This document shows positions 45,507 to 53,288 of a DNA stretch of 64,000 nucleotides, piece after piece. Where the stretch lies: contig JAXLWU010000015.1 of NCBI GenBank assembly GCA_046328335.1, forward strand, positions 30,023 to 94,022. The letters run 5' to 3'. Every line of letters starts with the position of its first letter. Position 1 is the first letter of the stretch. The translations under genes and the position numbers were made by a program. Under the pieces are notes generated by a model that worked only from the letters and a program-made list of their open reading frames with translations, did not search any database and was not told the origin of the DNA. This stretch comes from Thermomicrobiales bacterium (lineage in GTDB: Bacteria > Chloroflexota > Chloroflexia > Thermomicrobiales > UBA6265).

Positions 45507-46394
45507 TCAGGAAAGACCGAACTGCTCCAGAATTTCGGCGTGGAACCAGCCTCCGCCGACCAGAATCGCATCGCCGCCGACTTCCACCGATTCGATGACG
45601 TTGGCAGACCCAGACACGCGGGCGAAGAGCGTGCTGGGTCTGCCCAGTTCTGCCCCCTGGGAGATTTGGATCTCCTGTCCCCACGGAATAAGTCCATTCC
45701 GCGCAAGGTGGAGCGCGAGAGGACCCGCCGCGGAACCGGTGGCCGGGTCTTCGATGACACCCGCACCGGGCGCAAACATCCTCGTTTTCCATTGGGTGCC
45801 TTCGCCCGAGAAGACATTCACGCCGATGAAGGGTAAATCGAGGTGCTCCGCGGCGCGCAACAACGCGCCTGAATCGGGAGCAAGGGCAGCCACGGCATCC
45901 GGATCCTTGACCATGAAATAGACGTGCCGCAGGCCGTTGTCGTAGAGAGTGACTGGCAGGAGAGAATCTGCGATCCCGAGCGCTGCGAGGAAAGGCACCG
46001 GTTGCGCGAACGGCTCGATCGACGGGATCGGCTGCCGCATGATGCCGCGCTTTGCTGGTCCGGTCCCGCCCACGTACCTGACGGCCACACGGCCGCCATT
46101 CGTTTCGAGGTCAATCGCTTGGCTCCGCTGCTGCTGAGCGAGATAAACGGCCGTTCCCAGCACCGGATGACCGGCAAACGGAATCTCACCACCAGGCGTG
46201 AAAATCCGCATCTTGGCAGCCCCGCCCGCTTCAGGCGGATAGAGAAAGACAGTCTCCGAAAAATTGATCTCTCGCGCCAATGGGTGAAGCATCTTCTCCG
46301 GAATGCTCGTGGCGTCCGGAAAGACGGCCAGTTGGTTGCCCGCCAGCGGTAGATCGGTGAAAACGTCGACGATCTGAAATTCCCAGCGACTCAC
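45507..46394 (-). CDS. PhzF-family isomerase-like protein
   Basis: FQIVDVFTDLPLAGNQLAVFPDA...EINFSETVF...FAGHPVLG...EDPATGSAAGPLA is the PhzF/YddE family pattern. GTG at 46394 comes 9 nt after the aroF stop, within TAAGGAGCGAACGTG. Confidence 0.85.
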   Translation of the reverse strand: MSRWEFQIVDVFTDLPLAGNQLAVFPDATSIPEKMLHPLAREINFSETVFLYPPEAGGAAKMRIFTPGGEIPFAGHPVLGTAVYLAQQQRSQAIDLETNGGRVAVRYVGGTGPAKRGIMRQPIPSIEPFAQPVPFLAALGIADSLLPVTLYDNGLRHVYFMVKDPDAVAALAPDSGALLRAAEHLDLPFIGVNVFSGEGTQWKTRMFAPGAGVIEDPATGSAAGPLALHLARNGLIPWGQEIQISQGAELGRPSTLFARVSGSANVIESVEVGGDAILVGGGWFHAEILEQFGLS

Positions 46395-46403
46395 GTTCGC
46401 TCC

Positions 46404-47450
46404 TTACGCCTGGGCACCGACAGTCATTTCTGCCGGCACGCTCTCCTCCACACCTCCGAGCAGGGCCGCGTGGAGCGCTCGTCCCAGGTCGATGATCGTG
46501 GCCAATTCCGCGGTGGAAATCGTCTGCTGCGCGTCGCACAACGCGGTCTCTGGATCTGGATGGGATTCGATGATCAGTCCGTCCGCTCCGGCGGCTAGTC
46601 CAGCGAGCGCCATTCGCGGCACCAGCGTGCGGCGGCCGGTCCCATGAGAGGGATCGACGATGATAGGCAGGTGACTGAGTTCCTTGACGAGTGGCACCGC
46701 ATTCAGATCGAGCGTGAACCGCGTCGAAGAATCGAAACTGCGGATGCCGCGCTCGCAGAGAACCACGTCCGGATTTCCGTACGCCATCACGTACTCGGCG
46801 CTCATCAGCCATTCTTCGATCGTCGCCGAGAACCCCCGTTTGAGGAGCACCGGCTTGCCCGACTGTCCGGCTCGCCGCAGCAATGGGAAATTGGCCATGT
46901 TCCGGGCTCCGATCTGCAGCATGTCGGCGTAGTGAGCCACCATTTCGACCTGGTCCGGTTCCATGACCTCGGTGACCACCGGCAGGCCCGTAACCTCGCG
47001 CGCCTCGGCCAGATACCGCAGCCCCTCCTCCCCGAGCCCCTGGAAGGCGTACGGCGAGGTTCGCGGCTTGAATGCGCCGCCGCGGAGCATATCGGCACCG
47101 GCGGCCTTGGTTTCCTTCGCTGACAGGAGCAGCGATGCCCTGCTTTCGATGACGCAAGGTCCGCCGATCACTACCGGCCGGCCCCCACCGATGCGCACAT
47201 TCCCGACCTTGACGACGCTCGGCGCGTGCGGTCGTCCTTCGCGACTGGCGAGCATGTAGGGGCGATGCTTCTCGATGACCCTGGAAACACCGGGCAATTC
47301 CTGGAACGGCAACGGGTCGCCGGCAATAGCGATGACGGTGCCCCCATGGCCGTCTGCCAGCGTTCGCAGTTCTGCTCCAGCCGCCAGCGCGGCCGCGCGG
47401 ACCACGGCAAGCGTTTCCAGCGGTGCAGTGGCGGTCAGCGTGACGATCAT
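46404..47450 (-). CDS. aroF: 3-deoxy-7-phosphoheptulonate (DAHP) synthase, class I-beta with N-terminal ferredoxin-like/ACT-type regulatory domain
   Basis: IGGPCVIES, ADMLRGGAFKPRTSPYAFQGLGEEGL, GLPVVTEV, KRG, IVDPSHG. ATG at 47450 comes 7 nt after AAGGAG. The ~70-aa N-terminal extra domain resembles that of Thermotoga-type DAHPS. Confidence 0.9.
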   Translation of the reverse strand: MIVTLTATAPLETLAVVRAAALAAGAELRTLADGHGGTVIAIAGDPLPFQELPGVSRVIEKHRPYMLASREGRPHAPSVVKVGNVRIGGGRPVVIGGPCVIESRASLLLSAKETKAAGADMLRGGAFKPRTSPYAFQGLGEEGLRYLAEAREVTGLPVVTEVMEPDQVEMVAHYADMLQIGARNMANFPLLRRAGQSGKPVLLKRGFSATIEEWLMSAEYVMAYGNPDVVLCERGIRSFDSSTRFTLDLNAVPLVKELSHLPIIVDPSHGTGRRTLVPRMALAGLAAGADGLIIESHPDPETALCDAQQTISTAELATIIDLGRALHAALLGGVEESVPAEMTVGAQA

Positions 47451-47502
47451 CGACGTGCTCCTTATCGCGGGTGTCTCCGGTCTCCACCTGACCGAGGACA
47501 AC

Positions 47503-47528
47503 AAAAAAACCGAGGTCATCGACCTCGG
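47503..47528 (-). terminator. intrinsic terminator inside the aroF 5' leader (attenuator terminator)
   Basis: The minus strand reads ccgaggtc-gat-gacctcgg followed by ttttttt (47509-47503). It lies 52 nt upstream of the aroF ATG and ~30 nt downstream of the leader ORF stop. Confidence 0.75.
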
Positions 47529-47560
47529 CCCCGGCGCTGCTTACTGGTGTTTGCGGACGT

Positions 47561-47665
47561 CTAGCGGTTCACCGCCTGTCGTCCCGCCAGCAGCGCCGGG
47601 GGAACGTAGCCAAAATAGACGTAGCCGAACCAACGGGCAGCAGCGGCTCCGCGGTTTCGCCACAT
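47561..47665 (-). CDS. aromatic-rich leader peptide ORF (34 codons)
   Basis: atg tgg cga aac cgc gga gcc gct gct gcc cgt tgg ttc ggc tac gtc tat ttt ggc tac gtt ccc ccg gcg ctg ctg gcg gga cga cag gcg gtg aac cgc tag translates to MWRNRGAAAARWFGYVYFGYVPPALLAGRQAVNR. GGGAG lies 10 nt upstream. An in-frame upstream ATG at 47695 would give 44 codons. Confidence 0.65.
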   Translation of the reverse strand: MWRNRGAAAARWFGYVYFGYVPPALLAGRQAVNR

Positions 47666-47701
47666 CTCAGTTGGCTCCCAGGCAGATGTTGGCATGGCGG
47701 C

Positions 47702-47730
47702 ACAGTACCGGGAGCCGACCGCGCTGTCAA
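47702..47730 (-). promoter_or_regulatory. sigma70-type promoter of the aroF leader
   Basis: The minus strand reads TTGACA (47730-47725), a 17-nt spacer, then TACTGT (47707-47702). Confidence 0.6.
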
Positions 47731-47762
47731 GCCCCGCGGAATGAATCCGCTAGACTTCGCTC

Positions 47763-48434
47763 ATGGATCAGGATCGATCGACAAGGGGCGGAAATTCCGG
47801 CGCACCGATGCAGACGCCACTGCAATTGACGCGCAGCCCAAGACTGGACAACGCGCTGCGCTTCGGCTGGGAGTCGTTCCGCAGGACGCTGGCAGCGGCT
47901 GGCGCCGGCGAAGCCTCGCGCTGGATAGCAATGCGGCTGGATGATCCCGAGTCGGCCGAGGTGACCGAACCTCTTCTCCGGGCCGCGCTCGGCGATGACG
48001 CTGAGGAAGCGGCAGACGCCCTGTTTGGGCTTGCCGAACTTGCCGAGGAGGCGGACGACGACCTCCTCGCCGACACGCTCTGGGAGGGTGTCCTCGACCT
48101 CGGACGTGCGCAGGAAGACGGTGACGTCATCGCGGAGGCGACACGTCGCCTGGCAACAGTCGCCGAGCGAAATGGCGATCCTCTCGCCGCTGCCGAGTTC
48201 CATATCGGCTTCCTCAATTGGCGCCGGGAGGCAAATCACTCCTCTGATCCGGAAGATGTCGAATTGGCCTTTGACGAAATCATCCGCCTCGCCGAGAGCG
48301 ATGGCGCGCCTCGGCCGGCGGCGGAGTATGCCTTCCGTCAGGCCGAATTCACGCGGTTGCTGGATCAGGAGGATCCCAGCACCGTCGAGGGGAACTGGGA
48401 CGAACGCTCGCCAGAGTACGCTTCCTGGGCGTGA
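47763..48434 (+). CDS. hypothetical acidic helical protein
   Basis: 223-aa ORF (alternative ATG at 47808), Asp/Glu/Ala/Leu-rich and helical-repeat-like. No recognised motif. It is divergent from the aroF leader. Confidence 0.55.
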   Translation: MDQDRSTRGGNSGAPMQTPLQLTRSPRLDNALRFGWESFRRTLAAAGAGEASRWIAMRLDDPESAEVTEPLLRAALGDDAEEAADALFGLAELAEEADDDLLADTLWEGVLDLGRAQEDGDVIAEATRRLATVAERNGDPLAAAEFHIGFLNWRREANHSSDPEDVELAFDEIIRLAESDGAPRPAAEYAFRQAEFTRLLDQEDPSTVEGNWDERSPEYASWA

Positions 48435-48520
48435 CCTCGGCGTCCGAGGTCGTATTTCGGTCCCGTCAGCACAGATATCGCGACCGGCAACCGCATCTCG
48501 TTCAGCATTGACCGCCAAGC

Positions 48521-48931
48521 GTGATGCAGATGTGGCACAATGCGGAGTCGAATCGCGACCCGCGCCGTGGAGTCATCCCCGTGAATGTTCTCGAAGGTCT
48601 GCAAACTATCCGCGAACGGCTGATCGAAAACGGGGCAAACCCGGATACCCTGGTGCTCGTCGAATCTATCATCAAGCGGGCCGCACTTCCCGCGGCGGCT
48701 CCTGCCTCCGCGCAATCCCTGTTGCAACTGGTGCGCATGCTCGCGCGTTCACCAGCCGCGACCAACAACATCGCCATCTACAACGATCTCCTGCGACTGG
48801 AAGAGCAGCTCGAGGGCGCCGCGACGGCATATCATCAACGCGTGCAGGCGGAAGAGGCCAAACCGATTCCCAAGACCAAAAAGTATTACAAGCAGGCGAA
48901 AGAACGAGAGCAGAAGCAGTCTCACGGTTAG
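48521..48931 (+). CDS. hypothetical protein with basic C-terminal tail
   Basis: 136-aa ORF with ordinary composition and a Lys-rich end (KPIPKTKKYYKQAKEREQKQ). No recognised motif. Confidence 0.5.
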   Translation: MMQMWHNAESNRDPRRGVIPVNVLEGLQTIRERLIENGANPDTLVLVESIIKRAALPAAAPASAQSLLQLVRMLARSPAATNNIAIYNDLLRLEEQLEGAATAYHQRVQAEEAKPIPKTKKYYKQAKEREQKQSHG

Positions 48932-48995
48932 TGTTCTCGGCATACAGATCGAGCGAGTTTGATTGTTGGTACCGGCACCGAGAGGGGAGATCGCG

Positions 48996-50288
48996 ATGGT
49001 TCAGGCACTCGAGCGTGAAACGTTGAATCCCGCGGAGTTGATTCCGCGCGTCATCGGCCGCTATTCCCCACTGCATATCGACCATGGCAAAGGAATCTAT
49101 CTCTGGGATGTCAATGGCGAGCGATACGCCGACTTCACATCGGGCATCGCCGTGGTCAATACGGGCCACTGTCATCCACGCGTGGTCGCCGCAATCCAGG
49201 AGCAGGCAGCGACGATCATCCATGCGCAGGCCAACATCCTCGCGCACTCGCCGATGATGCGCGCGGCGAAACTGCTTACGGAAACGTTGCCCGCGAACCT
49301 CAATCAGGTCTTTTGGACGAACAGCGGCGCGGAGGCGACCGAAGGGGCGATCAAACTTGCAAAGATCGCCACCGGCCGGCCTGCGGTCATCGCGTTCCGG
49401 CACGGGTTCCACGGTCGCACTCACGCCGCCATGGCGGTAACTTCCTCGCGGGTCAAGGTACGCGGGCACTACGAGCCGTTGATCTCCAGCGTGTACCACG
49501 CGCCGTTCCCGTATGTCTTCCGCAGCCCGTTCAAGGGCGCGGCGCAAGATGCCGATCTCTACTATTTCGCGGAGTTGGAAGCCCTCTTCGATCACCTGGT
49601 CATGCCCGATGACGTGGCAGCGATGATCATCGAGACCGTGGTTGGCGAAGGCGGATATCTGATCCCGACCAGGCGCTGGTTGCAAATGGTTCGTGAACTC
49701 TGCGACCGCCATGGAATCATGCTGATCCTGGACGAAGTCCAATCGGGCATGGGTCGTACCGGCAAGATGTGGGCATTCGAGCATTTCGATGTCGTTCCCG
49801 ACATCATGACGGCGGCGAAAGGCCTCGCCTCCGGCATGCCGGTGGCCGCGGTTGTCTCTGACAAGGCGATCATGGACAAGTGGGCGCCGGGGTCCCACGG
49901 TGGAACCTACGGTGGAAACGCGGTCGGCACCGCGGCCGCGGCGGCCACGCTCGAAGTCATGCGCGACGAAGACCTGCCGGGGAATGCTGCCCGGATGGGC
50001 GAGATTCTGACAGCGGGCCTCCGCGAGATCCAGGCGGACTATCCGGTCATCGGAGACGTGCGGGGTCTCGGCCTGATGGTGGCGACGGAGTTCGTCAATC
50101 CAGATGGCTCGCCGAACCCGGAGGCGGTCAAGGCGGTCGTCGCTCGTGCGTTCGACGAGAAGACCCTGCTGATTACCTGTGGCACGTACGATCAGGCGAT
50201 TCGGATCGTGCCGCCACTTGTCGTGAACGAGGAGCAGATTCACGACTTCCTGGGCATGTACCGGCGTGCAGTGGCAGCGGCGTCGTGA
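48996..50288 (+). CDS. class-III PLP aminotransferase (4-aminobutyrate/omega-aminotransferase type)
   Basis: SGIAVVNTGHCHPRV, TNSGAEATEGAIKLA, LILDEVQSGMGRTGKMWAFEHF, TAAKGLASGMP (PLP Lys). ATG at 48996 follows GAGAGGGGAG. Confidence 0.85.
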   Translation: MVQALERETLNPAELIPRVIGRYSPLHIDHGKGIYLWDVNGERYADFTSGIAVVNTGHCHPRVVAAIQEQAATIIHAQANILAHSPMMRAAKLLTETLPANLNQVFWTNSGAEATEGAIKLAKIATGRPAVIAFRHGFHGRTHAAMAVTSSRVKVRGHYEPLISSVYHAPFPYVFRSPFKGAAQDADLYYFAELEALFDHLVMPDDVAAMIIETVVGEGGYLIPTRRWLQMVRELCDRHGIMLILDEVQSGMGRTGKMWAFEHFDVVPDIMTAAKGLASGMPVAAVVSDKAIMDKWAPGSHGGTYGGNAVGTAAAAATLEVMRDEDLPGNAARMGEILTAGLREIQADYPVIGDVRGLGLMVATEFVNPDGSPNPEAVKAVVARAFDEKTLLITCGTYDQAIRIVPPLVVNEEQIHDFLGMYRRAVAAAS

Positions 50289-50378
50289 TTTAGCAATTCG
50301 ACTGCCAGCGCGTTGGCAGCCGCGGCTATCCTGAGCGGCACAGCCGCGAATTCTCGCGGAGGTTGGGAGCAAACGGGT

Positions 50379-50411
50379 AACGACGGTCGCGGCTATGCCG
50401 CGACCGTCGTT
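50379..50411. other. perfect 15-bp inverted repeat (3-nt loop) between the aminotransferase gene and hisG
   Basis: aacgacggtcgcggc-tat-gccgcgaccgtcgtt. No U tract on either strand. It lies 35 nt upstream of the hisG ATG at 50446. Confidence 0.85.
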
Positions 50412-50445
50412 CGCCACTTGTCTGACAGGAGGAATCTGAACGACG

Positions 50446-51363
50446 ATGCCCGAACAGGGAACGGGCTTCCATCACGTGCTGAGCCAGTCGATGACCGGAC
50501 AGCAACCGCTGAAACTCGCGGTGCAACGATCGGGGCGGCTGACGCAGGACACGCTCGACCTTCTTCATGCCATTGGTCTGGAGTTCGAGAGTTACGGACA
50601 GCGCCTTTTTTCACACTGCCGGAACTTTCCGCTCTCGATCCTCTATGCCCGCGATGACGATATTCCCGGATATCTCGGGCTGGGGACCGTCGATCTGGGA
50701 ATCGTCGGGCGAAATTTGATCCATGAAGAAGGGGTGCGGGTCGAAGAACTGGCGACGCTTGGGTTTGGTTACTGCGAACTGGTGCTTGCCACGCTGCGCG
50801 ATGCCCAGTACACCGACCCGCGAGAACTGCTCCGGGCGCGAATCGCGACGTCCTATCCCAAGTCTGCCCGGAAGTATTTCGAATCCCTTGACGGCGATCC
50901 GGAAATCATCACGATCAGTGGCTCCGTGGAGGTCGCGCCATCACTCGGGCTTGCGGACGCGATCGTGGAATTGACCGCGACCGGATCGACCCTGATGTTG
51001 AACGATTTGCGACCAATGGCGACGATCCTCGAATCGCAGGCGGTACTGGCGGCAAACCCGGTATCGATGGCGGATCCAGCGCGGCGGGAGAACATCGACC
51101 GCCTGCTGATGCGAATCAATGCGGTTCGCGTTGCCAAGCGGTACAAGTACCTGATGATGAACGCCCCAGAAGCGGCGTTGCCCGCAATTCGCGCTGTGGT
51201 CCCGGGTCTCAAGGCTCCGACGATCGTGCCCCTCGCGGACCCTGGTTGGGTTGCGGTCCACACCGCGATCGAAGAAGACGCCTTCTGGGAGTCGATCGAA
51301 CGGCTGCGCGCGGCGGGGGCGACCGAAATACTCGTCTCGTCCCTGGAAAAACTCCTACTGTGA
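50446..51363 (+). CDS. hisG: ATP phosphoribosyltransferase, long form
   Basis: LKLAVQRSGRLTQDTLDLLHAIGL, ILYARDDDIPGYLGLGTVDLGIVGRN, and a C-terminal regulatory domain is present. The start is ATG 50446 (after CAGGAGGA) or ATG 50491. Confidence 0.9.
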   Translation: MPEQGTGFHHVLSQSMTGQQPLKLAVQRSGRLTQDTLDLLHAIGLEFESYGQRLFSHCRNFPLSILYARDDDIPGYLGLGTVDLGIVGRNLIHEEGVRVEELATLGFGYCELVLATLRDAQYTDPRELLRARIATSYPKSARKYFESLDGDPEIITISGSVEVAPSLGLADAIVELTATGSTLMLNDLRPMATILESQAVLAANPVSMADPARRENIDRLLMRINAVRVAKRYKYLMMNAPEAALPAIRAVVPGLKAPTIVPLADPGWVAVHTAIEEDAFWESIERLRAAGATEILVSSLEKLLL

Positions 51364-51561
51364 AACGACGCGATCCGGAATGAGGTAGATTCGTCAGGTC
51401 GCGGAATGTCTCGGGCTCGGAGTTCCCCGACCAAGACCGTGGCGGTGAGCATCCCGTGTTATGGCGTCTATCATTCGTACGATTTTGGGCGCATGGACCT
51501 ATCTTCGGGTCGGGAAGCATGGTCGCGTCCTGATAACGTATCGAAAACTGGAGGAGTATTC

Positions 51562-52680
51562 GTGACTCAAGGAATCGCAACCCGGACTGCCTACGATCCC
51601 GCCAGACTCGTCCGGCCAGCGATCCACACCCTCCCCGTCTATACCCGGAACGCGGAGCCGGACACGAAACCAGCCCGCGAGATTCGGCTGGACTGGAACG
51701 AGTCGCCGTACGGGCCATCGCCGAAAGCACTCGCCGCGGCTGCGGCGATACAAGCGCACAACCGCTATCCGGAGTTCGATGCCTGGGCGCTGAGAGAAGC
51801 GCTAGCGACCTATGCCGGAGTCTCGCCGGACCAGATTGTGGCCGGGGCCGGACTGGACAATGTGCTCGAGACGTTGATGTTCCTGCTGGTGGGAACCGGG
51901 GACCGGGTCATCATCTCCGAGCCAACCTTCATGGTCTACGAGATTCTCGCGAAGGCCCATGGCGGGGAAGTCATCGATGTACCACTGCGAGCGGATTTCA
52001 GTCTCGATGCGGAAGGCATCCTTGATGCCGTCGATGACCAGACAAAGTTGATCGTCATCTGCAATCCAAACAACCCCACTGGGAACTTGCTCGACCCCGC
52101 GGCGATCGAACGAGTCGTGGCCGAGGCCCCATGTGTGGTGGCTATCGATGAAGCCTATGCGGAGTTCGCTGGCACGTCGCATGCGGCGATGATGGAACGT
52201 CATCCGAACCTTGTCATCCTGCGCACAATGAGCAAGTTCGCCGGGTTCGCGGGAATGCGCGTCGGCTACGGGATATTTCCGGAATCGCTGATGCCATACG
52301 TCCTCCGCGTGATGCCCGGATTCTGCAATGTCAGCGTTGCCGCCACGGCTGGCGCCGTTGCGGCGCTGGAGGACACTGAGTACAACCGCGACGTGGTAGC
52401 CCGCATCGTTCGCGATCGCGACCAGCTGGCCAAGCGCCTGCGAACAATTCCCGGTGTCGAGCCGCTGCCATCCGCGACGAACTTCCTGCTCGTGCGGTTG
52501 CCTGTTTCGGATGCGGCGTCAATCGTTCGCGAATTGGGCCGTCGCGGCATTTACGTTCGGCACTTCGGGAATCCGGCGTTCGGTATCGCCGACTGTTTGC
52601 GTGTGTCGATAGGAAAGCCCGAGGACAACGAAATATTCGTGTCCGAGTTGGAAGCCATCTTGCGTGAGAATCCGGCGTGA
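51562..52680 (+). CDS. hisC: histidinol-phosphate aminotransferase
   Basis: IRLDWNESPYGPSP, CNPNNPTG, MSKFAGFAGMRVGYG (PLP Lys). GTG at 51562 follows GGAGGAG. Confidence 0.9.
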   Translation: MTQGIATRTAYDPARLVRPAIHTLPVYTRNAEPDTKPAREIRLDWNESPYGPSPKALAAAAAIQAHNRYPEFDAWALREALATYAGVSPDQIVAGAGLDNVLETLMFLLVGTGDRVIISEPTFMVYEILAKAHGGEVIDVPLRADFSLDAEGILDAVDDQTKLIVICNPNNPTGNLLDPAAIERVVAEAPCVVAIDEAYAEFAGTSHAAMMERHPNLVILRTMSKFAGFAGMRVGYGIFPESLMPYVLRVMPGFCNVSVAATAGAVAALEDTEYNRDVVARIVRDRDQLAKRLRTIPGVEPLPSATNFLLVRLPVSDAASIVRELGRRGIYVRHFGNPAFGIADCLRVSIGKPEDNEIFVSELEAILRENPA

Positions 52681-53288
52681 ACACCGTGGCAGTAGCCGAT
52701 GCCTCACGCGTTGCACGGATCGAGCGAAACACACTCGAAACCCGGATCTTGCTTGAGGTCAATCTCGATGGCGGTCCGGTGTCGGTGACCACCGGAGTCC
52801 TCTTTCTCGATCATATGCTCGATGCGCTGGGGCGGCACGGCCACTTCGGCATCGATATCAATTGTGTCGGCGATGCCGCAATGGACCCGCACCACAGCGT
52901 CGAGGACGTTGGCATTGCGCTTGGCCAGGCAATCCGGGAGGGTCTCGGTGATCGCCGGGGCATCGCCAGATATGGCTTCGCCTACGCTCCTCTGGATGAG
53001 GCATTGGCGAGAGTCGTAGTCGATTGCTCTGGAAGACCGTATCTCCATTTCTCCGCGGCGATGCCTGAACCAGTGATCGGCCGCGACTTCGCGGCCAGCC
53101 TGGTCGAGGAGTTCTGGCGGGCGCTTGTCGTCAACGCCGGGCTGACCGTTCATATCGACCTGATTCGGTCCAGCAACGCTCATCATGCGGCGGAGGCCAT
53201 CTTCAAAGCCGGCGCGCTCGCGCTGCGCGCTGCTGTCACCCGGACCGGAGCCACGGCCGTTCCGTCAACAAAGGGGATGCTCGCATGA
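52677..53288 (+). CDS. hisB: imidazoleglycerol-phosphate dehydratase
   Basis: RIERNTLETRI, FLDHMLDAL, DPHHSVEDVGIALG, NAHHAAEAIFKA. The start overlaps the hisC stop (GTGA). Confidence 0.95.
   Translation: MNTVAVADASRVARIERNTLETRILLEVNLDGGPVSVTTGVLFLDHMLDALGRHGHFGIDINCVGDAAMDPHHSVEDVGIALGQAIREGLGDRRGIARYGFAYAPLDEALARVVVDCSGRPYLHFSAAMPEPVIGRDFAASLVEEFWRALVVNAGLTVHIDLIRSSNAHHAAEAIFKAGALALRAAVTRTGATAVPSTKGMLA

Noticed and set aside
46231-47487. 418-aa minus-strand ORF overlapping aroF and phzF in another frame.
   Set aside because: It is Arg/Gly-rich nonsense. The overlapping frames carry unmistakable DAHP synthase and PhzF motifs.
48672-50417. 581-aa minus-strand ORF.
   Set aside because: It is antisense to the class-III aminotransferase, which has the PLP-Lys and DEVQSG motifs. 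This is a typical GC-rich shadow ORF.
50289-50445. Looked for a His-codon leader peptide or T-box upstream of hisG, by analogy with the aroF leader.
   Set aside because: There is no run of CAC/CAT codons in any frame and no T-box consensus (AGAGA, GGUGGUACCGCG). Only hairpins are present, and these are reported separately.
51406-51561. 52-codon N-terminal extension of hisC from the ORF-track start.
   Set aside because: The extension has no similarity to HisC N-termini. A strong GGAGGAG SD sits directly before the GTG at 51562.
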